Shown here one piece after another: positions 53,968 through 62,577 of a stretch of DNA of 64,000 nucleotides (positions within the stretch are counted from its first letter, which is position 1; each line of letters opens with the position of its first letter). A program made the position numbers and the translations under genes. This DNA is from Dehalococcoidia bacterium (lineage in GTDB: Bacteria > Chloroflexota > Dehalococcoidia > Lucifugimonadales > UBA1127). Under the pieces are notes generated by a model, which saw only the letters and a list, made by a program, of their open reading frames with translations, made no database searches and was not told where the DNA came from. Location of the stretch: the NCBI GenBank assembly GCA_965205235.1, contig CBDBGD010000008.1:106629-170628 (forward strand). The letters run 5' to 3'.

Positions 53968-55169
53968 TGGGCGTCCCCGCTGCAGTGGAGTGCCAGGCAC
54001 GTGATGTCGTCCGACTGGGGGGTCTCTCCGGCGAAGGCGTTGACAGCCTCGAAGACCACCTCCGTGGCCGTCTCGGGGTCCTTCGGCGGACTGGCGTGCA
54101 GCTGCTCGCGCAGCGTGTCCAGACCGAACTCCTCCTCTGCGTGGTTCATAGCCTCGGTCACACCGTCCGTATAGAAGAGGACCGTGTCTCCGGGAGCTAG
54201 GGTCACCGTATCCTGCTTGTACTCCAGGTCAGGCACAATCCCCAGCGCTATGCCGCCCGTGAGCGGGAGGAGCTCGGAGCTCCCGTCGGCGTGGACGATG
54301 AGGGGGCTGTTGTGGCCGCCGTTGGCGTAGGACAGCTCCCTGGTCGCGGGGTCGTAGATGGCGTAGAGGACGGTGACGAACATCCCTTCCCTGTTGTCCT
54401 CCAGGAGCAGCTCGTTCACCTCCCGGAGCACGTCTCCGGGCGGGCCCACGCCGATGGCGGAGCCCTTCAGCAGGGTGCGGCTGGACATCATGAAGAGGGC
54501 CGCGGGCACACCCTTGCCGGAGACGTCTGCCACGGCAAGGCCAATGCGTCCATCGCTCAGGGAGAGGACGTCGAAGAAGTCGCCGCCCACCTCGCGTGCG
54601 GCCTGCATCTTGCCGTGCACGGCGTAGCCGTTGCTGCGGGGGAACTGGGTGGGAAGAATGGACTGCTGCATTCCCCTGGCAACATCCAACTCGTTCTGGA
54701 GCGAGACCAGCTTGTCGCGGAACTGCAGCGCCTCGCGCCACTCGGCCATGTGGCGCAGCGTCCGGTCGATGGTCACCTGCAGGTCCTCGAAGTCGACGGG
54801 CTTGGTGACGAAGTCGAACGCGCCCCGGTTCATGGCCGTGCGGATGTTCTTCATGTCGCCGTAAGCGGAGATGATGACTGATCGGATGTTGGGGTCCACC
54901 TTGGGGATCTGGTCCAGGAGCGTGAGGCCGTCCATCTGCGGCATGTTGATGTCGGAGAGCACCATGTCGATCTCGTCGTCTTCGTTCAGCTTCTCCAGGG
55001 CCTCCACGCCGTTGTGCGCGAAGACGAAGGTGTAGCGCCCCGCGCGGATGCTCCGCCGCATGCGTTGGAGCACCAGCGGCTCCAGGTCGGGCTCATCATC
55101 GACGACGAGGATCTTGTATGGCTCTTGCATCGTTGTCATCCGGTACGGCTTCCTCCTTGCGTTTGTCAT
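53964..55169 (-). CDS. Response-regulator receiver fused to PP2C/SpoIIE phosphatase (RsbU-like)
   Basis: REC domain: KILVVDDEPDL...DMVLSDINMPQMDGL. PP2C domain: GGDFFDV, VADVSGKGVPAALFM, ANGGHNSP, YTDGVTEA, DDITCLAL. The start may be ATG 55139 or 55130 rather than 55169. Confidence 0.88.
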   Translation of the reverse strand: MTNARRKPYRMTTMQEPYKILVVDDEPDLEPLVLQRMRRSIRAGRYTFVFAHNGVEALEKLNEDDEIDMVLSDINMPQMDGLTLLDQIPKVDPNIRSVIISAYGDMKNIRTAMNRGAFDFVTKPVDFEDLQVTIDRTLRHMAEWREALQFRDKLVSLQNELDVARGMQQSILPTQFPRSNGYAVHGKMQAAREVGGDFFDVLSLSDGRIGLAVADVSGKGVPAALFMMSSRTLLKGSAIGVGPPGDVLREVNELLLEDNREGMFVTVLYAIYDPATRELSYANGGHNSPLIVHADGSSELLPLTGGIALGIVPDLEYKQDTVTLAPGDTVLFYTDGVTEAMNHAEEEFGLDTLREQLHASPPKDPETATEVVFEAVNAFAGETPQSDDITCLALHCSGDAQ

Positions 55170-55221
55170 TCGGTTCCGTCCAAGGAGTGCTCGGCTGCAG
55201 GGCTTGGCAGCCCGGCGGCGC

Positions 55222-55560
55222 CTATCTGTTGAACGCGGCCAGGGCCTCCGCCTGCGAGGTGTGCACCGTGATGATCTTGTCGAATCCGCTGATCTGGAAG
55301 ACCTCTTGGATCGAGTTCGAGAGGGAGCACACGGCGAACTTGGTGTTCTTACCCTGCAGCGTCTTCGCCATAAGCAGAATCACGCGCAGCCCCGCACTAC
55401 TGATATACGACAGCTTCTCCATGTCCAGGATGACGCCGCTCTCGCTGTCGTTGAGAGACTCCTCCAGAGCGGTCTGAAACTCGCGGGCGTTGGTGCCGTC
55501 CACGCGCCCTTCCGTCTTTGCGATGAGGGTTTCTCCGTGTCGCTCGGCCGTAATTTCCAT
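55222..55560 (-). CDS. STAS-domain anti-sigma-factor antagonist (RsbV/SpoIIAA-like)
   Basis: 112 aa. VILDMEKLSYISSAGLRVILL contains the conserved phosphorylatable-Ser context. Confidence 0.85.
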   Translation of the reverse strand: MEITAERHGETLIAKTEGRVDGTNAREFQTALEESLNDSESGVILDMEKLSYISSAGLRVILLMAKTLQGKNTKFAVCSLSNSIQEVFQISGFDKIITVHTSQAEALAAFNR

Positions 55561-55749
55561 TGATTGCGTCTCCTTACCAGTAGTATGGCTGCCCAGGTGG
55601 TCCTGCTCGTCCCGCCCTTGGAAGTTTGTCCCTTATTGCCGCAAGGAGTATATGGCTAGGCCATAGTTGGCGTCCAGTTTAGCCGCGTTCCCCACCCCTT
55701 TCAATACCGGACACCCCGCAAGCCTCAATTGCCACAACAATTTTACGCC

Positions 55750-57402
55750 CTAGATCGCCAGTATGCGCTTCGCAACCTCCCTTGCGCCGTCCAGGTCCTC
55801 GACGAAGTTCTCCTCGGGCACGTGCCGCAGCACGTTCAGCGCGCTGAGCGTGGTGGCGGGGAGGCCCGTCAGCCCCATCACGATGCAGTTCACGTCCTCC
55901 GCCATGGCCCCGTCGATGAGTTGCTCCATGACCAGGGCGGCGCTGTCGTCCATGTAGACGGTGTTGGAGAAGTCCAGGATCACAATCTCATGGTCGCGTA
56001 TGTCCACGCTGATGGTGTTGATCATCTTGGCAGCGGACGCCACGGAGAAGTTCCCTCGCAGCGCAACAAGCCCAACCCGTGCGGAGAAGATGTCCGCATC
56101 GTCGCCGTCGGCGCTGTTGGTGCCCAGAAATGCCTGGTCCAGCAGCGGCGTGGAGACCACGCTGTCCAGCTCCAAGCGCTCGAACTGCCGCGCGCTGGTC
56201 ACCATCGCGGCGATCATGCCGACGACGACCGCGGTGAGCAGGTCCAGGAACACGGTGAGCACCAGGGTCAGCAGCATGACCATGAGGTGCTCCCGCTGGA
56301 CGTGGAGGACCCGCGTGACGAAGCGCCAGTCGATCGTGTCCCAGCCCACCTTGATCAGGATGCCGGCGAGGACGGCGTTCGGGATGGAGGCCACCTGCTC
56401 CCCCAGGACGACGACCATGGCAACCAGGACGCCCACGGCGATGATGCCGGACACGATGGTCCATCCCCCGGCAACGATGTTCGCCACGGTGCTCGGCGTG
56501 GCCCCGGCGCCCGGCAGCCCGCCGATCAGCCCCGTGACCATGTTCCCGAGGCCCTGGCCCAGCAGCTCCTTGTCGGGGTTATGGCGCGCCCGCGTGTGCG
56601 AGTCCGCCACCAGAGAGGTGAGGAGCGTGTCGACGGAGCTTACCAGCGCGATGACCAGCGCGGGCTCGATTGCGCGGAGCAGGAAGTCGCCGGAGAAGTC
56701 CGGCACCTGCAGCGTCGGCCACGTCGTCGACACCGTGCCGATTACCGGCGCGTCGGTGAGCCAGACGACACCCAGGAACGTCCCCGCGACCAGCGCCACC
56801 AGCGTGTACGGCATGTACCGGCTCACCCGGCTCGGCCACAGCGCCGCCACCGCCAGCGTGATCGCGGCGATGCCCAGCGCGTCGATGTTGAAGTCCTCGA
56901 TGAGGTCCGGCCACGATTTGATGGCGCCAACCGGCCCGCCCGCGGCGATGTTCCCGCCCATGAAGGGGAGGCTCTGCACCAGAATGATGATGATCCCGAC
57001 GCCGGACATGAACCCGGATATGACGGAGTAGGGCGTGTACGCGACGAAGCGCCCGATTCTCATGACGCTCAGGAGGATCTGGATCAGCCCCGCCATCATG
57101 ACGATGGTGAACGCTTCGACCAGGGAGTCCGCACGGCTCGTGACGATGACCGCCATCGCCACGGTCATGGAGCCCGTGGGGCCGGAGATCTGCGACCGGG
57201 TGCCCCCGAAGACGGCTGCGAAAAAGCCGACTGCGATGGCCCCGTAGATGCCCGCAAGCGGCCCCAGGCCGGAGGCTATGCCGAACGCCAGCGCCACCGG
57301 CAGTCCCACCACGGCCGCGGTGACGCCGCCGAAGACGTCCCCCCTCAGGGTCTGTAGGTCGTAGTCCTCGGGGGGCCGCCAACCGAGGATGCGGCGGAGC
57401 AT
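55750..57402 (-). CDS. SulP family anion transporter with C-terminal STAS domain
   Basis: 550 aa from ATG 57402. LRGDVFGGVTAAVVGLPVALAFGIASG, many TM helices, and C-terminal EIVILDFSNTVYMDDSAALVMEQL. Confidence 0.88.
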   Translation of the reverse strand: MLRRILGWRPPEDYDLQTLRGDVFGGVTAAVVGLPVALAFGIASGLGPLAGIYGAIAVGFFAAVFGGTRSQISGPTGSMTVAMAVIVTSRADSLVEAFTIVMMAGLIQILLSVMRIGRFVAYTPYSVISGFMSGVGIIIILVQSLPFMGGNIAAGGPVGAIKSWPDLIEDFNIDALGIAAITLAVAALWPSRVSRYMPYTLVALVAGTFLGVVWLTDAPVIGTVSTTWPTLQVPDFSGDFLLRAIEPALVIALVSSVDTLLTSLVADSHTRARHNPDKELLGQGLGNMVTGLIGGLPGAGATPSTVANIVAGGWTIVSGIIAVGVLVAMVVVLGEQVASIPNAVLAGILIKVGWDTIDWRFVTRVLHVQREHLMVMLLTLVLTVFLDLLTAVVVGMIAAMVTSARQFERLELDSVVSTPLLDQAFLGTNSADGDDADIFSARVGLVALRGNFSVASAAKMINTISVDIRDHEIVILDFSNTVYMDDSAALVMEQLIDGAMAEDVNCIVMGLTGLPATTLSALNVLRHVPEENFVEDLDGAREVAKRILAI

Positions 57403-57633
57403 ACCAGGCGTTTCCCGCCTGACGCGGCTGGAGAATGCGTCCAAGAACCCCTCCACGGTTGCGTGTCTTCCCTGGTCGGCGGCTTTTTCGCCGCGCGGAA
57501 GCCTGCGGAACGGCCTCGTGCCCCCGCATTCTACGGGACGATGGCGTGATTGTCCAAGTGCCCGCCGATTTGGGACCATCGTGGTGTATCCTGAAGGGGC
57601 AGAGAACGGATGAACGCGCTGGAGGGGCATGTC

Positions 57634-58113
57634 ATGCCGGAGAAACTGGTGCAGGGCGACCGCTTCCCAACAATCGGGCTATCCCTCACGGACGGGTCCA
57701 CCCTTACGCTCCCCGACCAGGCCCCCGGCCGCTACGTTGCCCTGCTGTTCTTCCGAGGCGCGTGGTGAGGCTACTGCAGGCGGCAGTTGGCCGCCTACCA
57801 GGGCAGCATCGATGCGCTGGACGAGCTGGGCGTGACGGTCGTCGCTGCAACGGTTGACGACCGGGATGCGGTGGCGGACATGGTCCGGGAGGAGGGCATC
57901 ACCTTCCCCGTCGCCTACGGCGTCACGCAGGAGGCGGTGGGCGCCCTGTCGCCGTGGTGGACGGAGGACAACCGGCACGGGCGCTACCTCCAGCCCATGG
58001 AGTTCCTGGTTCGGCGCAGCACAGTGCTGGGCTCCATGTACGCCTCCGGCCCCATCGGGCGGATGGACGTGGAGCAGGCGCTGGCCTTCATCAGGAGCCG
58101 GGAGCAGCGGTAG
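57634..58113 (+). CDS. Peroxiredoxin-like (AhpC/TSA, thioredoxin-fold) protein with an in-frame TGA at codon 45: probable selenoprotein (UxxC)
   Basis: GGAGGGG Shine-Dalgarno, then ATG 57634. Translation reads ...RYVALLFFRGAW-TGA-GYCRRQLAAYQGSIDALDELGVTVVAATVDDRD...GITFPVAYG. The TGA (57766-57768) is exactly where the first Cys of the FxRGxWCxxC redox motif belongs. The frame stays open to 58113. A hairpin follows the TGA. Confidence 0.65.
57774..57806 (+). promoter_or_regulatory. SECIS-like stem-loop downstream of the in-frame TGA
   Basis: Upper stem AGGCGGC(57778-84)/GCCGCCT(57790-96), 7 bp, with apical loop AGUUG. Lower stem CUGC(57774-77)/GCAG(57803-06). The apical loop starts 17 nt after the UGA. 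Confidence 0.5.
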
Positions 58114-58134
58114 CGGGGATTCGGCGCCAGCCGG

Positions 58135-58434
58135 ATGAGGAGGCAGCGAGTGGACGTGAAAGAGGCGGTCCGGACGGCCAAGGCGTACCTCATCGACCTC
58201 TTCGAGGACGAGCAGATCACCAACGTCGGCCTTGAGGAGGTGGTGTTCGACGAGGAGTCGGCTGCGTGGAGGATCACCATCGGCTTCTCCCGGTCGTGGG
58301 ACCTCAAGGGCCCGCTGTCCGTGACGATGGCCGGCGCGAGCCCCGACCGCTCGTACAAGATGCTCAGCATCAACGACGCCACGGGCAAAGTCGAGTCGCT
58401 TCGGGACCGCGTCCTGTGGGCCGCGGAAAGCTGA
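58135..58434 (+). CDS. Hypothetical small protein
   Basis: 94-99 aa (ATG 58135, or GTG 58150 preceded by AGGAGG). No motif I recognise. Starts 21 nt after the putative selenoprotein gene. Confidence 0.45.
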   Translation: MRRQRVDVKEAVRTAKAYLIDLFEDEQITNVGLEEVVFDEESAAWRITIGFSRSWDLKGPLSVTMAGASPDRSYKMLSINDATGKVESLRDRVLWAAES

Positions 58435-58533
58435 GATCTCAACGCCAGCTAACTTTTTCGATGCGCCCAGCGTTTCCCATGTCGGCGGTGTGGGTGGACG
58501 TCGGGCGCGTGACAAAGATATCGGAGGGTGAGC

Positions 58534-60555
58534 ATGGCAGTTCCGGCATCGCGGCTGAAGTGGGCACGGTCGAGGAAGGCCCTGGTCGTTGCGGTGCTGG
58601 CGGCCGTCGGCATTGGCGCTGCGGTGTTCGCGTACATGGAGACCCGCAGCGGTGACGAGGCGCCGCTGGAGGAAGGGCAGCAGCTCGTGGAGGTGCGCCT
58701 GGGCGACCTGGTGAACCAGGTCAGCAGCAGCGGCAGCATCATCTTTCCCAACCGCGAGGAGCTCTCCTTCGGCGTCGCCGGGACCGTGAGCGCGCTCATG
58801 GTCGCCGAGGGCGATCAGGTGACGACGGGCCAGGAGCTGGCGCGCCTCGACGATGAGACGGTGGCCGGACTCGAGCGCGACCTGGCCCAGGCCGAGGTGG
58901 ACCTGCAGGCGTCCCGGAACGCACTCGACGACGCCATGGCCCCGCCCACGCCCCTGGCGCGCGTGGAGGCTGAGGCGGCCGTGGCGACGGCGGAGCTGGC
59001 CCTCCAGCAGGCGGAGCAGGCGCTCGTCGACATCAACGCGCCCTTCACCCAGGCGGAAATCGACGAGGCGCGCGCTGACGTGGCCCTGGCGGAGGAGAGC
59101 GTGGTCAGGGCGCAGGCCGACCTGGCCCTCGACGTCCGCGAGCATGCGGACATGGTGGATGCGGCCGCCGAGGCCCTGGAATCGGCGAGGGAGGGCTACC
59201 AGGACGTCGTGCGCAGCTACCTCGGCATGACGCTGGCTGCTGGTGACTACGCGAGGACGCCGTCGGAGTTCCTGGCCCACCACGGAGTCGACGTTGACGA
59301 CATCTTCTCGGATGCTCACCAGGAAGCGGCTATAGCGTGGGTGTTCCCCGTCTTCTTCCAGCCTGCGCAGCCCCTGGACGACCCCTCGACGCCGTGGGAC
59401 GAGTTCACCGTCTACAGCTGGATCGCCCTCTATCCGGGGACCGTCTACGGGACGTGCGAGGACGTCGTATTTGACTCGCAGGACCGGTGCATGCTCCAGG
59501 ACTTGGAGAAGGTATGGGACGTGGTCGACGCCGAGCAGGGGGGCCTCGACAACGCCGAGAACAACGCGGCCAAAGTGCGCTCCGATGGCGACAAGGCTGT
59601 CGATAAGGAGGAGGACGCGCTGACCGCGGCCCGCGAGGCCCTGGACGACATGCTCGCGGCAGCGGACCCGCTGGAGGTCCGGGTGAAGACCCACGACATT
59701 GAGGTGGCCAGGGCGAAGCTCGCCGATGCCCGCGACTCCCTCGCCGACCTGGACGTGGGGCCGGACCCTGCGGAAGTCGCGCTGATGGAGGCGGAGATCA
59801 AGTCGGACCAGGTGGCCCTCGCCGCCGCCAGAGATGCCCTGGCCGCCCAGGTGATCACGGCGCCCTTCGCCGGCGTCGTCAGTGCGATCAACGTCGAGGA
59901 AGGTCGCAGCGTCAACGCCACCGCCGCCATCCTTGAAATCGTGGACCCCACCGTGGCGGAGGTGGACGCCCGGCTCGACGAGATCGACGTCCTGGCCGTG
60001 CGGGAGGGCGCGGAGGCCATGGTCTCGCTGGACGGCCTGCCGGGGGCACAACTCCCCGGTATCGTGGCAAGCATCTCCCGGACCGGCGACAACCAGCAGG
60101 GCGTGGTGACCTACCCCGTCCAGATCTCCGTACGGACGCCGCCCTTCTTCCAGTTGCACGAGGGGTTGAGCGCAACGGCCAGCATCGTCCTACACCAGGA
60201 GCTGGGCGTGCTGCTCATCCCCAGCACCGCCATTGCCGGGACCATCCAGCAGCCCACGGTGCTGGTGAGCCTTGACGGCGAGGTGACCGAACGCCCGGTG
60301 ACCCTGGGCGCGTCCGACGGCTTCTGGACCATCGTCACCTCCGGGGTGAACGAGGGCGAGCAGCTCGTCTCGACCAGCGGCAGCCCAACTGCCAACATCT
60401 TCGGCAACATCGCCCGGTTCCAGAGCATCGCCATCCAGGGCGGCGCGGGGCCCGGAGGGCAGGGCTTGAGCCCGGAACAGCGGCAGGCGTTGCGCGAGCA
60501 GTTCCGACAGCAGGGCGGCGGCCAGGGCCAACAGCAGCAGGCGCCGGGCAGGTAG
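58534..60555 (+). CDS. HlyD/MacA-type periplasmic adaptor (membrane fusion protein), unusually long
   Basis: About 673 aa from ATG 58534 (GGAGGG Shine-Dalgarno). N-terminal TM anchor, lipoyl-like halves (VSALMVAEGDQVTTGQELARLD / APFAGVVSAINVEEGRSV), long heptad regions, beta-barrel/MP domains, and a Gly/Gln-rich tail. Confidence 0.8.
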   Translation: MAVPASRLKWARSRKALVVAVLAAVGIGAAVFAYMETRSGDEAPLEEGQQLVEVRLGDLVNQVSSSGSIIFPNREELSFGVAGTVSALMVAEGDQVTTGQELARLDDETVAGLERDLAQAEVDLQASRNALDDAMAPPTPLARVEAEAAVATAELALQQAEQALVDINAPFTQAEIDEARADVALAEESVVRAQADLALDVREHADMVDAAAEALESAREGYQDVVRSYLGMTLAAGDYARTPSEFLAHHGVDVDDIFSDAHQEAAIAWVFPVFFQPAQPLDDPSTPWDEFTVYSWIALYPGTVYGTCEDVVFDSQDRCMLQDLEKVWDVVDAEQGGLDNAENNAAKVRSDGDKAVDKEEDALTAAREALDDMLAAADPLEVRVKTHDIEVARAKLADARDSLADLDVGPDPAEVALMEAEIKSDQVALAAARDALAAQVITAPFAGVVSAINVEEGRSVNATAAILEIVDPTVAEVDARLDEIDVLAVREGAEAMVSLDGLPGAQLPGIVASISRTGDNQQGVVTYPVQISVRTPPFFQLHEGLSATASIVLHQELGVLLIPSTAIAGTIQQPTVLVSLDGEVTERPVTLGASDGFWTIVTSGVNEGEQLVSTSGSPTANIFGNIARFQSIAIQGGAGPGGQGLSPEQRQALREQFRQQGGGQGQQQQAPGR

Positions 60556-60566
60556 GGGCCGTCGCC

Positions 60567-61286
60567 GTGCTGCACGACTCGCCGGTCATCGTCCTGCAGG
60601 ACGTTGCCAAGACGTACCGGATGGGGCGCGTGGGGGTTGCCGCCCTCCAGGGCGTCAGCCTCTCCATCGACCGCGGGGAGATGCTGGCCGTCATGGGCCC
60701 GTCCGGGTCCGGCAAGTCCACCATGATGAACATCGTCGGCTGCCTGGACGTCCCCTCTGAAGGGCGCTACTTCCTGGAGGGCGAGGATGTCCGGGACATG
60801 AACGACGACCAGCTGGCGGAGGTCCGACAGGGGAAGATCGGCTTCGTGTTTCAGACGTACCACCTGCTGCCTCGCGCCACCGCGCTGGCCAACGTGGAGA
60901 TGCCCCTCCTGTACGGCAACGGACGAAACCGGCGCGAGCGGGCGATGGAGGCCCTCGATCGCGTGGGGTTGGGCCACCGGGCGGGGCACCTGCCCGCCGA
61001 GTTGTCCGGCGGCGAGCAGCAGCGCGTGGGCATCGCTCGGGCGCTGGTGAAGGACCCGTCCATCCTGCTGGCCGACGAGCCCACGGGCAACCTGGACACC
61101 AGGTCCAGCGACGAGATCATGGCCGTCCTCCAGCGGCTGAACCGCGAGGAGCGCCTCACCATCCTCCTGGTGACCCACGAGATGGACATCGCCCGCCACA
61201 CGGACCGCATCGTCTCCTTCCGCGACGGACGCGTCGTGGACGACGCCCCCGTGGGGGACCCCCTGCTGGCGGGACAGCGCCCATGA
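60567..61286 (+). CDS. ABC transporter ATP-binding protein (MacB/LolD type)
   Basis: Walker A GPSGSGKST, signature LSGGEQQRVGIARAL, Walker B ILLADEPTGNLD. Confidence 0.9.
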   Translation: MLHDSPVIVLQDVAKTYRMGRVGVAALQGVSLSIDRGEMLAVMGPSGSGKSTMMNIVGCLDVPSEGRYFLEGEDVRDMNDDQLAEVRQGKIGFVFQTYHLLPRATALANVEMPLLYGNGRNRRERAMEALDRVGLGHRAGHLPAELSGGEQQRVGIARALVKDPSILLADEPTGNLDTRSSDEIMAVLQRLNREERLTILLVTHEMDIARHTDRIVSFRDGRVVDDAPVGDPLLAGQRP

Positions 61287-62527
61287 CGCCGCTGACCACG
61301 CTCCTGACGGCCCTGGACGCGCTGAACTCCAACAAGCTCCGCTCCGTGCTCACCCTGCTGGGCATCATCATCGGCGTCACGGCGGTCATCGCCCTGACGG
61401 GCATCGGTCGCGGGGCGCAGGAGTCCATCACGTCCCGCATCGAGGCCCTGGGCACCAACCTGCTCTTCGTCCAGCCCGGGGCTACCGTCACCTTCGGGTT
61501 CGTCGGTGCGCCGGGCAGCGGGACCAGCCTCACGCTGGAGGACTCGGAGGCGCTGCGAGACCCAGTCCTGGCGCCCTCCGTCGTGGACGTCGCGCCGGAG
61601 ACCACCACCTTCGGCCAGATCGTGTTCGAGCGGAACAACACCGGCACGCAGGTCGTGGGCGTCACGCCGTCCTACCTTCCCGTCCGAGCCTACGAGCTCG
61701 AGGACGGGAGGCCGCTGACAGAGGCGGATGTGGCCGCCTCGGCGCAGGTGGCGCTGCTGGGATCGAGTACGGCGGAGGACCTCTTTGGGCTGCGTCACCC
61801 CGTGGGCCACACCATCCGCATCAACGGGCGGCCCTTCGAGGTCGTGGGACTGCTGGCCAGCAGGGGCGGCGGCGGCTTCGGCAACCTGGACGACCGCGTG
61901 CTGGTGCCCATCACCACGGCCTACTACCGACTTGGCGGACAGCGCACTCCCGGCGGCGAGGTCACCGTGCAGCGCATCAGCGTGCAGATTGTCGACGAAG
62001 AGGCCAGCGACGCCGCGACGGCGGAGATCAGCAGCATCCTCCGCCTGCGCCACCGCATCACCGGCGAGGACGACTTCAGCGTGACCAGCCAGGTGGAGAC
62101 GATCGAGACGCTGGAGGAGACCACGCAGACCTTCGTCATCTTCCTGGGGGCAATTGCGGGCATCTCCCTGCTCGTCGGCGGCATCGGCATCATGAATATC
62201 ATGCTCGTGTCCGTCACGGAGCGGACGCGGGAGATCGGCATTCGCAAGGCCATGGGGGCCAAGCGGCGGGACATCCTCTCGCAGTTCCTCGTCGAGGCGG
62301 TGCTGCTGAGCCTCGCCGGGGGCGTCGCGGGCGTGGCCCTCGGCTACGCCATCACCCACTTCTTCGACGGCGTGGAGCTGGCGTCGCAGCCGTTGGACAT
62401 GGTGTTCAGCACGGACATCGCTCTGCTGGCGACGGCGGTCTCCGGGGCCATCGGGCTCTTCTTCGGCATCTACCCGGCCATGCAGGCGGCGCGCCTCCAC
62501 CCCATCGACGCGCTCCGCCACGAGTAG
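61283..62527 (+). CDS. ABC transporter permease (MacB_PCD plus FtsX domain)
   Basis: 414 aa. LRSVLTLLGIIIGVTAVIAL, an extracytoplasmic domain, and C-terminal FtsX helices with GIMNIMLVSVTERTREIGIRKAMGA. ATGA overlap with the ATPase gene. Confidence 0.9.
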   Translation: MTPLTTLLTALDALNSNKLRSVLTLLGIIIGVTAVIALTGIGRGAQESITSRIEALGTNLLFVQPGATVTFGFVGAPGSGTSLTLEDSEALRDPVLAPSVVDVAPETTTFGQIVFERNNTGTQVVGVTPSYLPVRAYELEDGRPLTEADVAASAQVALLGSSTAEDLFGLRHPVGHTIRINGRPFEVVGLLASRGGGGFGNLDDRVLVPITTAYYRLGGQRTPGGEVTVQRISVQIVDEEASDAATAEISSILRLRHRITGEDDFSVTSQVETIETLEETTQTFVIFLGAIAGISLLVGGIGIMNIMLVSVTERTREIGIRKAMGAKRRDILSQFLVEAVLLSLAGGVAGVALGYAITHFFDGVELASQPLDMVFSTDIALLATAVSGAIGLFFGIYPAMQAARLHPIDALRHE

Positions 62528-62529
62528 AC

Positions 62530-62564
62530 GGAGGAGGGCCGGCCGCGACAGGCGGCCCTCCTCC
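62530..62564. terminator. GC-rich hairpin between convergent genes
   Basis: GGAGGAGGGCCG(62530-41), 11-nt loop, CGGCCCTCCTCC(62553-64). No U-tract. Confidence 0.35.
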
Positions 62565-62577
62565 GCACGGTCGCCCG

